Shown: one piece after another, positions 1-8,011 of the stretch
How the letters are laid out: each line of letters begins with the position of its first letter
How positions within the stretch are numbered: the stretch's first letter is position 1
Program-made: the position numbers and the translations under genes
The notes under the pieces: model-generated
Database searches by the model: none
Seen by the model: only the letters and a program-made list of their open reading frames with translations
Told to the model about the DNA's origin: nothing
Origin: Candidatus Kerfeldbacteria bacterium
Lineage (GTDB): Bacteria > Patescibacteriota > Patescibacteriia > SBBC01
Length of the DNA: 64,000 nucleotides
Reading direction: 5' to 3'
Assembly (NCBI GenBank): GCA_016207275.1
Contig: JACQPY010000012.1
Coordinates: 1,706 to 65,705, forward strand

Positions 1-141
1 GAGGATGAAGAAGATGACGAAGACTTCGACGATGATGCCGACGACGACGGTCTCGATGACGACGCCGAAGATACTGACGACGACGATGACGGCGTTGCGG
101 ACGAAGTCGACGCTAACGCCTTATCCCGCTTCATTCGCTAA
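1..141 (+). CDS. 3' end of an upstream gene (partial); extremely acidic D/E-rich C-terminal tail ending ...ANALSRFIR*
   Basis: Open frame from position 1 to TAA at 139-141. Translation EDEEDDEDFDDDADDDGLDDDAEDTDDDDDGVADEVDANALSRFIR. Not in the ORF track because it is under 60 aa and has no start in the window. Confidence 0.3.
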   Translation, partial: EDEEDDEDFDDDADDDGLDDDAEDTDDDDDGVADEVDANALSRFIR

Positions 142-161
142 ATTTTAACCATCACCATTGA

Positions 162-203
162 CCCAGCACCACTTTTCCGGAATGACGGAAAAGTGGTGCT
201 GGG
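162..203. promoter_or_regulatory. Perfect 18-bp inverted repeat with a 6-nt loop (CCCAGCACCACTTTTCCG-gaatga-CGGAAAAGTGGTGCTGGG). Could be a U-tract-less terminator of the upstream gene or an operator abutting the rpsO -35.
   Basis: Read directly from the sequence. The right arm ends at 203 and TTGACA starts at 204. Confidence 0.5.
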
Positions 204-232
204 TTGACAGCGCCGGGAACGTATGGTACGCT
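204..232 (+). promoter_or_regulatory. Candidate sigma70-like promoter for rpsO (TTGACA-17-TACGCT)
   Basis: The -35 is a perfect hexamer. The -10 is weak (3/6). Confidence 0.3.
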
Positions 233-359
233 CTCGGCGATCTATTCTATGACCTTAAAACCTACGGCCACTTGGTGCTGCGAATAGCTACGAATTACAG
301 CGAATGTAATCGTCTATTGCGCGCAACTTGGTGACCGCGGACGAAAGCCGCCGACACGC

Positions 360-629
360 ATGCCACTCGAAAAGTCAGCCAAAGATCGGATTATCAAAAA
401 GTACAAAACGCACGAAGGTGACACCGGTTCGCCGGAAGTGCAAATCGCCATTCTGACGGCCGAGATCGATCAGCTGACCGGCCATCTTAAGTCGCACAAA
501 AAAGACTTCTCGTCTCGTCGCGGTCTCCTCCGCAAGGTCGGCCTCCGTCGGCGCCTCTTAAGCTACTTAAAGAAAGAGAATCCGACCGGCGCCCAGGCGC
601 TCGCCGAAAAGCTCAAGCTGAAGATTTAG
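360..629 (+). CDS. rpsO: 30S ribosomal protein S15
   Basis: 89 aa. Sequence of the form [33 protein letters not shown]...RRGLL..LSYL is a characteristic S15 sequence. Confidence 0.95.
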   Translation: MPLEKSAKDRIIKKYKTHEGDTGSPEVQIAILTAEIDQLTGHLKSHKKDFSSRRGLLRKVGLRRRLLSYLKKENPTGAQALAEKLKLKI

Positions 630-1202
630 ATGGACACCAAGGCTTCCAAGCACAAAGATCAGCGGGTCGGCGTTTTCGTCGACGGCTCGAACATGTACCA
701 TTCGTCGAAGGCGCTCTACCAAACCAACGTCAACTTTGGGAAGATTCTCGAGCAGGCAGTGGCCGGCCGTCGGCTGCTCCGCGCCCTCGCCTATGTTATT
801 AAATCGTCGGCCCAGGACGAACAGTTGTTCTTTGACGCCCTGAAGAAGCAAGGTTTTGAAGTCAGGTCAAAGGATTTGCAAGTTTTTTCCAGCGGCGCGA
901 AAAAGGGCGACTGGGACGTTGGCATTGCGCTCGACACCATTTCCTTAGCCGAACGACTGGATACGGTCGTGCTCGTCTCCGGCGACGGCGACTTCGTTCC
1001 GTTGGTCGAGTATTTGCAGCGAACGAATGGTTGCCGAGTCGAGGTGATGGCCTTCGGCGAGTCGGCGTCGCTCAAACTGAAGGAAGTCGCCGACGAGTTC
1101 GTTGATTTGTCAGCCGATCGCAAGACCTTTCTGCTGCCGTTACGACCGTTCCGCAATCGCCTCATTCGGGGCAACCGCCAGCCGGAACAACCAGCAAACT
1201 GA
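630..1202 (+). CDS. NYN-domain (LabA/PIN-like) putative ribonuclease
   Basis: VFVDGSNMYH...VLVSGDGDF pattern of NYN/LabA-like domains. Its ATG directly abuts the rpsO stop (TAGATG), so it is translationally coupled and sits between rpsO and pnp. Confidence 0.7.
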   Translation: MDTKASKHKDQRVGVFVDGSNMYHSSKALYQTNVNFGKILEQAVAGRRLLRALAYVIKSSAQDEQLFFDALKKQGFEVRSKDLQVFSSGAKKGDWDVGIALDTISLAERLDTVVLVSGDGDFVPLVEYLQRTNGCRVEVMAFGESASLKLKEVADEFVDLSADRKTFLLPLRPFRNRLIRGNRQPEQPAN

Positions 1203-1404
1203 AGGCGCGCGACGCCAACCATTCGCGGAGCGACCGCCACCCTGCTCTTTCATCGGTCACTACCATTAATAGCTGTTGGTCGGCAGACCGATAGACTATA
1301 CCAGCTTTCGCCCGTCACCAGCAGCTTTCCGCCAACCGCCGAAAGCCGCGGCCGAACGCTGTCAGTAGTCTAGAGCCTGCTGGCCAGCTCAGAGGATTAG
1401 ACTT

Positions 1405-3765
1405 GTGCCAAAACAATTTTCGATTGAACTCGGCGGTCGAACCCTGACCATCGAGACCGGTCAGTACGCCGCCCAAGCCCACGGCAGCGTCACCGTTCGC
1501 TACGGCGATACGGTGGTGCTCGGTACGGTGGTAATGAGCAGCGAGCAGCGTGAAGGCATCGATTACTTCCCGCTCCTGGTTGATTACGAGGAACGGCTCT
1601 ATGCCGCCGGCAAGATTAAGGGTTCGCGCTTCATTAAGCGCGAGGGTCGGCCGTCCGATGAAGCGATCTTGACCGCCCGTTTGGTCGATCGCTCCATTCG
1701 ACCGCTGTTTAGCGACCAGCTGCGCCACGACGTGCAGGTGGTTATCACCGTCTTGTCGTACGACCAGGAAAACGATCCCGACATCGTCGCCCTGGTGGCG
1801 GCTTCGGCGGCCTTGGCGATTTCTAGAATTCCCTGGGGCGGTCCGATCGGTGCGGCTCGCGTCGGCCGAATTAACAACGAGTGGGTCCTCAACCCGACCA
1901 ACACGGCGCGCGAGAAGAGCGAGCTCGACCTGGTGCTGGCCGGGACCAAGAACGAGGAAGTGATGATTGAGGCGGCGGCCAAGGAAGTGTCGGAGGACGT
2001 CATTGATGAGGCTTTGGTTTTTGCCCAGAAGAACGTCCGCCAGGTTATTCGCTTGATTGAAGACGTGACGAGTGCGGTGGGCGCACCGAAGCAGGAAATT
2101 ATCGACGAGTTCAGCCCGGCAGACCGGGCGCAGCTCAGTCAGGTTGAAGCAAAGGTTCGCGAGATTGTGGGCGATCGTTTGAAGAACGTCCTCAAGACCA
2201 AAGATATGACTGAGCGCGAGGCCAAACGGACGGTCCTGGTGGTTGAGCTTGACGAGAAGCTCAAGGCTGACAGCGAGGTCTCAAAGGAACTGCGGGCGAA
2301 AGGACTGACGATGGTTGATCGGCTGGTCGAGGAAGCTTCTCGCCAGCTGGTGCTGGACGACGGCGTCCGGGTCGACGGCCGGAAACTCGACGAGATTCGG
2401 CCGCTGTCCGCCGCCGTCGGCATCCTGCCGCGAACGCATGGTTCTGGTTTGTTCCAGCGCGGCGAGACGCAAGTATTGTCGATCGTCACCCTGGGCAGCC
2501 CTGGCGACGAGCAGCTGCTCGATACCATGGAGCTGTCCGGTAAGAAGCGTTACATGCACCACTACAACTTCCCTGGCTTTTCGACGGGCGAAGTAAAGCC
2601 GATCCGACAGCCCGCCCGACGGGAAATCGGTCACGGCGCCTTGGCCGAAAAAGCCATGCTCCCGGTCTTGCCGCCGAAAGAGGAGTTCCCCTACACCATC
2701 CGGGTGGTCTCCGAGGTCTTGAGCTCGAACGGCTCGACCTCGCAAGCTTCGATCTGCGGCTCGACCCTAGCGTTGATGGACGCTGGCGTGCCAATTACGG
2801 CACCGGTCGCCGGCATTTCCATGGGGTTAATTACCAATCACCAGACCAAGGAACACAAGCTCCTGACCGATATTCAGGGCTTTGAAGACCACTACGGCGA
2901 CATGGACTACAAGGTCGCCGGCACAACCAAGGGCGTGACCGCCATCCAACTCGACATCAAGCTTGGCGGCATTCCGCATCAGGTTTCCGTTGAGGTCTTG
3001 GCTGGCGCTCAGAAAGCCCGCGAACAGATACTGGCCGTGATGCGCAAAGCCATTGCCGAACCGCGGGCTGAACTATCGCCGTACGCGCCGCGCATCGTCT
3101 CCATCCAGATTGCTCCGGATAAGATACGCGAAGTCATCGGTAAGGGAGGCGAAACGATTAACAAGATTATTGACGAGTGCGACGGTCCGGACGTCACCAA
3201 GATCGATATCGAAGACTCTGGTTTGGTAATGGTCACCTCGCACAATCAAGAAATGTCCGACCGGGCGATCGCCTGGATTCAGAACTTGACCCGTGAAATT
3301 CAACCGGGTGAAATCATTGCGGGCACGGTCAGCCAGATTGTCAAAGACCGGATGAGCGGTAAGGAGATTGGCGCGGTGGTTGATCTCTTTCCGGGTAAGG
3401 ACGGTATGGTCCACATTTCCGAACTGGCGATTAACCACGTACCCTCGGTATCTGACGTGGTCAAGATCGGCGACAAGGTCAAAGTCAAAGTGGTCGAAGT
3501 TGATAAGGAGCGCGGGCGCATCTCGTTGTCCATGAAGCAGCTCGATCCGAACTATGACCCGAACGCCTTTCCGCCGCGCGATCGGAATGGCGGACGCGGC
3601 GGCTTCGGTCGCGGGCCGCGCTTCGGCGGGGGGTTCCGTCGCGGGGGCGATCGCGGCGGATTTAGCCGTGACCGTGGACCGCGTCGAGAGTTCCGACGCG
3701 ACGACCGGCCGCGCGGAGACGGCGGACCAACGATTGATCCGCTCAACCCAATGAGTGATATGTAA
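1405..3765 (+). CDS. pnp: Polyribonucleotide nucleotidyltransferase (PNPase) with KH and S1 domains and an RGG/Arg-Gly-rich C-terminal extension
   Basis: 786 aa. Two RNase PH-like domains, then a KH-like segment (IGKGGETINKI) and an S1 domain, then the tail GGRGGFGRGPRFGGGFRRGGDRGGFSRDRGPRREFRRDDRPRGDGG. GTG start preceded by AGAGGA. Confidence 0.95.
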   Translation: MPKQFSIELGGRTLTIETGQYAAQAHGSVTVRYGDTVVLGTVVMSSEQREGIDYFPLLVDYEERLYAAGKIKGSRFIKREGRPSDEAILTARLVDRSIRPLFSDQLRHDVQVVITVLSYDQENDPDIVALVAASAALAISRIPWGGPIGAARVGRINNEWVLNPTNTAREKSELDLVLAGTKNEEVMIEAAAKEVSEDVIDEALVFAQKNVRQVIRLIEDVTSAVGAPKQEIIDEFSPADRAQLSQVEAKVREIVGDRLKNVLKTKDMTEREAKRTVLVVELDEKLKADSEVSKELRAKGLTMVDRLVEEASRQLVLDDGVRVDGRKLDEIRPLSAAVGILPRTHGSGLFQRGETQVLSIVTLGSPGDEQLLDTMELSGKKRYMHHYNFPGFSTGEVKPIRQPARREIGHGALAEKAMLPVLPPKEEFPYTIRVVSEVLSSNGSTSQASICGSTLALMDAGVPITAPVAGISMGLITNHQTKEHKLLTDIQGFEDHYGDMDYKVAGTTKGVTAIQLDIKLGGIPHQVSVEVLAGAQKAREQILAVMRKAIAEPRAELSPYAPRIVSIQIAPDKIREVIGKGGETINKIIDECDGPDVTKIDIEDSGLVMVTSHNQEMSDRAIAWIQNLTREIQPGEIIAGTVSQIVKDRMSGKEIGAVVDLFPGKDGMVHISELAINHVPSVSDVVKIGDKVKVKVVEVDKERGRISLSMKQLDPNYDPNAFPPRDRNGGRGGFGRGPRFGGGFRRGGDRGGFSRDRGPRREFRRDDRPRGDGGPTIDPLNPMSDM

Positions 3766-3771
3766 CTTACG

Positions 3772-3821
3772 GCACAGCGCGCCCCGAGTGCAGGCTTAAA
3801 CCTGCGTTATAGGCGCGCTGT
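3772..3821. terminator. Complex hairpin after pnp: perfect 11-bp outer stem (CACAGCGCGCC/GGCGCGCTGTG) enclosing an inner 5-bp hairpin (GCAGG-cttaaa-CCTGC). Terminator-like, with no clear U tract.
   Basis: Inverted repeat read from the sequence. Followed by an A-rich stretch before the next gene. Confidence 0.3.
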
Positions 3822-3835
3822 GTTATGATAAAAAG

Positions 3836-4393
3836 GTGATCATCACCATCAGCGGCACGCCGGGGTCGGGCAAGAGCACCATCGGTCAGATGCTGGCCCG
3901 ACGACTGCGGTACCGACGAGTTGACATCGGCCAGATTCGGCGGCGACTGGCCAAAAAACGTGGCCTAACGCTCGAACAGTACACCGCCTTGAGCGAGACT
4001 GATCCGCGCTACGACCGATTGGTTGACGATTACCAGCGCCGCCTCGGCCGCCGCCGTAAAAACTACATCATGGAAGGGCGTCTGTCGTTCCACTTCATTC
4101 CCCGTTCGTTCAAGATTTTTCTGTACGTCTCACCGACCGTTGGTGCACAGCGGGTTTGGCGCGACATCAAGCTCCGTCGTTCGCGCAACGAAGGTCGTCG
4201 CTTAACCAGTTTGTCTCGCGTGGCCGCTTCACTTCGGCGACGGATGAAGAGCGACCGACAGCGGTATCAGCAGTACTACGGTCTCAACCCATTCACCAGG
4301 GACCATTACGATCTTTACCTCGATACCTCAAAACTTAGGCCACGGCAGGCGTTTAAGGTTGTTTGGCAAGCGGTTCAGGCGAAACTTAGATAA
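3836..4393 (+). CDS. Cytidylate kinase-like P-loop NMP kinase
   Basis: 185 aa. N-terminal ISGTPGSGKST P-loop. Size and pattern fit the short (archaeal-type) CMP kinase family. Confidence 0.55.
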   Translation: MIITISGTPGSGKSTIGQMLARRLRYRRVDIGQIRRRLAKKRGLTLEQYTALSETDPRYDRLVDDYQRRLGRRRKNYIMEGRLSFHFIPRSFKIFLYVSPTVGAQRVWRDIKLRRSRNEGRRLTSLSRVAASLRRRMKSDRQRYQQYYGLNPFTRDHYDLYLDTSKLRPRQAFKVVWQAVQAKLR

Positions 4394-4410
4394 CTGAAGA
4401 TATCCACAAT

Positions 4411-4439
4411 TTGACACTGGTGTACGTGCGTGCTATACT
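4411..4439 (+). promoter_or_regulatory. Strong sigma70-like promoter TTGACA-17-TATACT
   Basis: Perfect -35 at 4411-4416, 17-nt spacer, TATACT at 4434-4439. Shares the GTGCTATA context with the promoter at 18451. Confidence 0.6.
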
Positions 4440-4445
4440 AGCGGC

Positions 4446-4830
4446 AGCTCGTAAAAATATGAAAAAGTATGATGGTCGAAGAGCTCTGGCGCTTGAGAGG
4501 CGACAGCGCTTCTCGACTATCCGTATCGAGGGTTTCCGAGACCCTGAAACAAAACAAAATTTGGGTGTTCTGCTGTCCCATTTATGGGCGGCGGATTCAC
4601 CAGAAGGACGGTCGAGAAAACGCGCTCATTCTAGACTCGGATACGAATCGAGCATTAGCTTCTAAGGCCGTGATCGCCTTGGCTGCGATGCGATGCACCG
4701 AAGTGAGCCGGCTCGGCGCATGGTATCGCGGCCACGGCGTTAGCCTCAGGAGCTTCAGGGCGCGTTTGGCCTCAATTTTCTATATTCCCCATTTGGGGAG
4801 GGGGCGCACAACGCGCCCTCTTCCTTTATT
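4446..4830 (+). ncRNA. Candidate ~385-nt non-coding transcript (unclassified) or long structured leader, bounded by a strong promoter and a GC hairpin
   Basis: No convincing protein ORF. The two track ORFs overlap in different frames, start upstream of the promoter, and have Arg-rich, unprotein-like composition. Several internal hairpins. Does not match RNase P, tmRNA or SRP conserved motifs by eye. Confidence 0.3.
4797..4830 (+). terminator. GC-rich hairpin (GGGCGC-acaac-GCGCCC) followed by TCTTCCTTTATT; candidate intrinsic terminator or attenuator just upstream of lspA
   Basis: Stem-loop plus T-rich tail read from the sequence. The T tract is short. Confidence 0.4.
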
Positions 4831-4860
4831 GAGAACGCAGTCAGTGGTATAGATGATGGT

Positions 4861-5310
4861 ATGAGGTATGGCCGTCAGGCTGCCGGGTTAGTGGCGCTCG
4901 GGCTGGTCGGTTTTGTGATTGATCGGGGGCTGAAGGCCTTAGCCCTGGCTGGCCAGACGTTCGGACCGGCTGACGGCGGGGTACGGTTCGAGCTGTTTCC
5001 CAATCCGGACATTGGTTTTAGCCTCCGCTTTCCCGCCGCGGCTAGTTTGCTGTTAATACCGATGGCCTTAATGGCATTCGTCTGGCTCGGCTGGCGGTGG
5101 TGGCGACGCGGTGATCTGGTTCGTTCAGCCGCGACGATGGTGATCATCATGTCCGCGGTCAGCAACTACCTCGATCGGCTCAGACATGGCTACGTAGTTG
5201 ACTACGTCAGCCTCGGCACCTGGTTTCCCGTATTCAACTTGAGCGACGTGGTGATTGTCTGCGGCTTGGTCTTGATGGCGGTGGCCGCAAAAAGGAAGTT
5301 AGGTAGTTAG
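4861..5310 (+). CDS. lspA: Lipoprotein signal peptidase (signal peptidase II)
   Basis: 149 aa, 4 TM. Conserved SNYLDR, VVDY and FNLSD motifs of LspA. Confidence 0.85.
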   Translation: MRYGRQAAGLVALGLVGFVIDRGLKALALAGQTFGPADGGVRFELFPNPDIGFSLRFPAAASLLLIPMALMAFVWLGWRWWRRGDLVRSAATMVIIMSAVSNYLDRLRHGYVVDYVSLGTWFPVFNLSDVVIVCGLVLMAVAAKRKLGS

Positions 5311-5400
5311 GGGTTAGGTTGCTAGGGCCATTAGAAGAGTGGTTAGTGGTTAGTAGGGAGTAGTGAGCATGAGGTGTTTGGTGTAAGAAGGTCAGTAGCA
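5296..5400. repeat. Degenerate TTAGG/GTTAG purine-rich tandem repeat tract overlapping the lspA stop codon
   Basis: gttaggtagttaggggttaggttgctagggccattagaag...ggttagtggttagtagggagtag. Same family as the tracts at 7024-7068, 7454-7500 and 51172-51262. Confidence 0.5.
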
Positions 5401-5513
5401 GGGGATGAATACAAGAATTGTTCATCGGGCAACAAGGGCTTGACAGGTTGACTGGCATGGTCTAGGCTTTACCGTAGACATTCGCGTGGCGCTGATTGGA
5501 GCCGCGCGTTTTC

Positions 5514-7028
5514 ATGCTTGCCCGCGTTACGACCGCGGCGGTGGTCGGAATCGAGGCCGAACCGATTACCGTTGAGGCCGACATTACCAGCAACGTGCCG
5601 AAGTTCTTCATGGTCGGTTTGCCGGATACCGCGGTGACCGAGGCGCAAGAGCGCATCCGTTCAGCCATTAAGAACACGCCGGGTGTTGACTGGCCGTTGC
5701 AGCGAATCACCATCAACCTGGCGCCGGCTGACCTGCGCAAAGAAGGGACGGGTTTTGATTTGGCGTTGGCGATGGCGATCGTTTGTGCCCGCGGTGACGC
5801 ACCGCTGCCTCCCGACAGCACCTGCTTTCTCGGTGAGCTAAGCTTAGAAGGGAAGCTGCGACCGACCAGCGGCGTCCTGCCGATTGTCGCCTGTTTGCGC
5901 GACCGCGGCGTCGACACGTTTATCGTGCCTGAGCCGAATGCGGCCGAGGCGGGGTTGGTCCACGGGGTAACCGTTTTTCCGGCGCAAACCCTCCGCGACG
6001 TCGTCCGCCACGTCCGCGGCAGGCGATTACTCGATCCGTACGTGCCGACGGCGTCGACCGTCGCGGCCTCGGCGCCGGGCGTTGATCTGGCTGATATTGC
6101 CGGACAGCCGCAGGCCAAGCGCTGCCTGGAAATCGCCGCGGCCGGCGGCCACAACGTCCTGTTGTCCGGGCCGCCGGGCTCAGGCAAGACCCTGCTGGCC
6201 CGGGTCTTATCGGGCATTTTACCGCCGCTGACCGATCCGGAAGCCTTGGAAGTAACCAGGATTTACAGCGTCGCCGGCCTGGTTGATCCCGATCAGCCGC
6301 TCCTGGTCGAACGTCCATTCCGCAGTCCGCACCATACGGCCTCAACCGTGGCTGTGGTCGGCGGCGGATCGTCGCCTCGGCCCGGCGAAATCACGCTGGC
6401 GCATCGCGGCGTTCTGTTTTTGGACGAATTTCCTGAGTTTCCTCGGGCCGTCCTGGAAGCGCTGCGTCAGCCGCTCGAAGACGGGTTTGTCAGCGTCAGT
6501 CGGGCCCAGGCCAGTGTTCGGTTTCCGGCTCGCTTCACGCTGTTGGCCAGTCAAAACCCTTGTCCGTGCGGCTACCTCGGCGATTCGGCGCACCGTTGTC
6601 GTTGCACGCCGTCGCAACTCGAACGCTACCGCCGGCGCGTATCCGGGCCGTTGCTTGACCGGATCGACTTGCACTGTCTCGTGCCGCGGCTGCCGCCCGA
6701 GGATTTGGAAGCAAAAGTGAAGTCAGAACCGTCAAGCGCGGTTCGCGATCGCGTCGTGCTGGCCCGAAAACGGCAGCAGCAGCGGTTCGTCGGCACCGAG
6801 CTGATTGCCAATGCGGAAATGCGGTTGGTCGAGTTGAAGCATTACTGCGCCTTGGATGACGAAACGTTGCAGCTATTGCGGTCAGCGGCCAGTGTGTTGC
6901 AGCTGTCCGGCCGCGCCTACCATCGGGTGATGCGCGTGAGTCGGACGATTGCCGATTTGGAAGGTGCTGAGCGAATTGACAGTCAACACGTGGCCGAGGC
7001 GTTGCAGTATCGGCAGCGGGCTGGGTAA
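5514..7028 (+). CDS. yifB: YifB/ComM family Mg-chelatase-like AAA+ ATPase
   Basis: N-terminus MLARVTTAAVVGIEAEPITVEADI, Walker A LSGPPGSGKT, C-terminal Mg-chelatase ChlI-like domain. An upstream TTG at 5496 is possible, but ATG 5514 matches the family N-terminus. Confidence 0.9.
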   Translation: MLARVTTAAVVGIEAEPITVEADITSNVPKFFMVGLPDTAVTEAQERIRSAIKNTPGVDWPLQRITINLAPADLRKEGTGFDLALAMAIVCARGDAPLPPDSTCFLGELSLEGKLRPTSGVLPIVACLRDRGVDTFIVPEPNAAEAGLVHGVTVFPAQTLRDVVRHVRGRRLLDPYVPTASTVAASAPGVDLADIAGQPQAKRCLEIAAAGGHNVLLSGPPGSGKTLLARVLSGILPPLTDPEALEVTRIYSVAGLVDPDQPLLVERPFRSPHHTASTVAVVGGGSSPRPGEITLAHRGVLFLDEFPEFPRAVLEALRQPLEDGFVSVSRAQASVRFPARFTLLASQNPCPCGYLGDSAHRCRCTPSQLERYRRRVSGPLLDRIDLHCLVPRLPPEDLEAKVKSEPSSAVRDRVVLARKRQQQRFVGTELIANAEMRLVELKHYCALDDETLQLLRSAASVLQLSGRAYHRVMRVSRTIADLEGAERIDSQHVAEALQYRQRAG

Positions 7029-7068
7029 GGGATAAGGGGTAAGTATGAAGGGGTATGGTATCAAGAAT
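7024..7068. repeat. Left purine-rich GGTAAGG/GGTATGG repeat arm. Overlaps the 5' end of the four-helix-bundle gene. Inverted relative to 7454-7500.
   Basis: ggtaagggataaggggtaagtatgaaggggtatggtat. The reverse complement of the right arm contains ggggtaagg and ggggtatgg. Confidence 0.5.
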
Positions 7069-7461
7069 GACGGGAATATCGGGAGAGGAAAAGTCGTCAC
7101 GTTTACTGATTTGATGGCGTGGAAACAAGGGCATGCGTTAGCGTTGAAGATTTACCAAATAACCAAAGATTTTCCAAACCGTGAAAAGTTTGGCCTGACA
7201 AGTCAAATACGGAGATGTGCACTGTCAGTCACTTCAAATATCGCGGAGGGATTCAGTCGGAAGTCATTTCGAGAAAAAGCACAATTCTACTCGACAGCGC
7301 TTGGGTCGTTGACCGAATTACAAAATCAACTCATGCTCGCACGCGACGTGCAATACGTCTCACCAGACGTATACGCGGATACGTATCGATACTCTGTGCT
7401 CGTTCATAAACTCATCACCGGATTGATCAAATACGCAAAGAACGCAAGTCGTACCCCTTAG
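7045..7461 (+). CDS. Four-helix-bundle protein (the family often annotated as 23S rRNA intervening-sequence protein)
   Basis: 138 aa. Residues such as ALALKIY, SQIRRCALSVTSNIAEGFSRKS and LGSLTELQNQL are typical of this family (TIGR02436/PF05635-like). Confidence 0.8.
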   Translation: MKGYGIKNDGNIGRGKVVTFTDLMAWKQGHALALKIYQITKDFPNREKFGLTSQIRRCALSVTSNIAEGFSRKSFREKAQFYSTALGSLTELQNQLMLARDVQYVSPDVYADTYRYSVLVHKLITGLIKYAKNASRTP

Positions 7462-7500
7462 CCCTAACCGCCTTACCCCTTAATACTACCCCCATACCCC
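7454..7500. repeat. Right arm of the inverted repeat flanking the four-helix-bundle gene (C-rich on + strand; reverse complement GGGGTATGGGGGTAGTATTAAGGGGTAAGGCGGTTAGGGCTAAGGG)
   Basis: Read directly. Imperfect inverted copy of the 7024-7068 arm. Confidence 0.5.
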
Positions 7501-7665
7501 ATCTCTCTTACTAACCACGAAAGGAGGTTATACTCTTTACAAAGCCGTCCTTCCGCAGTACAGTCACCCCGCTCATTGACAACTGAATAAAGCAGAAAAT
7601 CGCGAATTCGGTTGTCGCTCACGGAAACCGTTGTGATGTCTGACTTTCAAGAGGAGGCAGTGAAG

Positions 7666-7902
7666 GTGAAGAAGCTCATCGTGTTGTTTGCGTTCTGCGC
7701 TGTTGCGCTGCTGTCTGTCTCATTAGCCTTTGCCGAAGACTCGCCGCCGTTCATCCTGAAGTGGGGGGAGCAGGGAACGGGGCCGGGGCAGTTCAACACA
7801 GCACGTGGCATCGCCGTTGATCAGTCGGGCAATGTCTTTGTTACTGACGGCTCCGAAAGAGTTCAGAAGTTCACCCAGCCCCACGGAAGCCACGGGTGTT
7901 AA
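7666..7902 (+). pseudogene. Truncated NHL-repeat secreted protein: signal peptide plus a single NHL repeat, stop inside a palindromic element
   Basis: AGAGGAGG SD then GTG at 7666, giving MKKLIVLFAFCAVALLSVSLAFA signal peptide and an NHL motif (GQFNTARGIAVDQSGNVFVTDGSERVQKF). Full NHL proteins have several repeats; here the frame ends at TAA in the loop of the 7890-7909 palindrome. Confidence 0.4.
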
Positions 7903-7909
7903 CCCGTGG
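7890..7909. repeat. Palindromic element CCACGGGTGTTAACCCGTGG (copy 1)
   Basis: Perfect inverted repeat. A related copy at 7951-7970 and a third CCACGTGGAACGTGG at 7995-8009. Confidence 0.6.
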
Positions 7910-7950
7910 AAGAAGTGGAGAAGTAATCCCGAGGTGCAACCACCCCGAGG

Positions 7951-7970
7951 CCACGGCTGTAAAGCCGTGG
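7951..7970. repeat. Palindromic element CCACGGCTGTAAAGCCGTGG (copy 2)
   Basis: Perfect inverted repeat with the same CCACGG...CCGTGG architecture as copy 1. Confidence 0.6.
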
Positions 7971-8011
7971 AGCTGGGTTCACTCTTTCCAAAGTCCACGT
8001 GGAACGTGGCC

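Noticed and set aside
4411-4852. Two overlapping + strand ORFs of 84 and 127 aa
   Set aside because: They are mutually exclusive frames. The first begins upstream of the promoter -10. Both are Arg-rich with no SD. The region is better explained as a non-coding transcript, though a 70-aa internal ORF is kept as a possibility in the findings.
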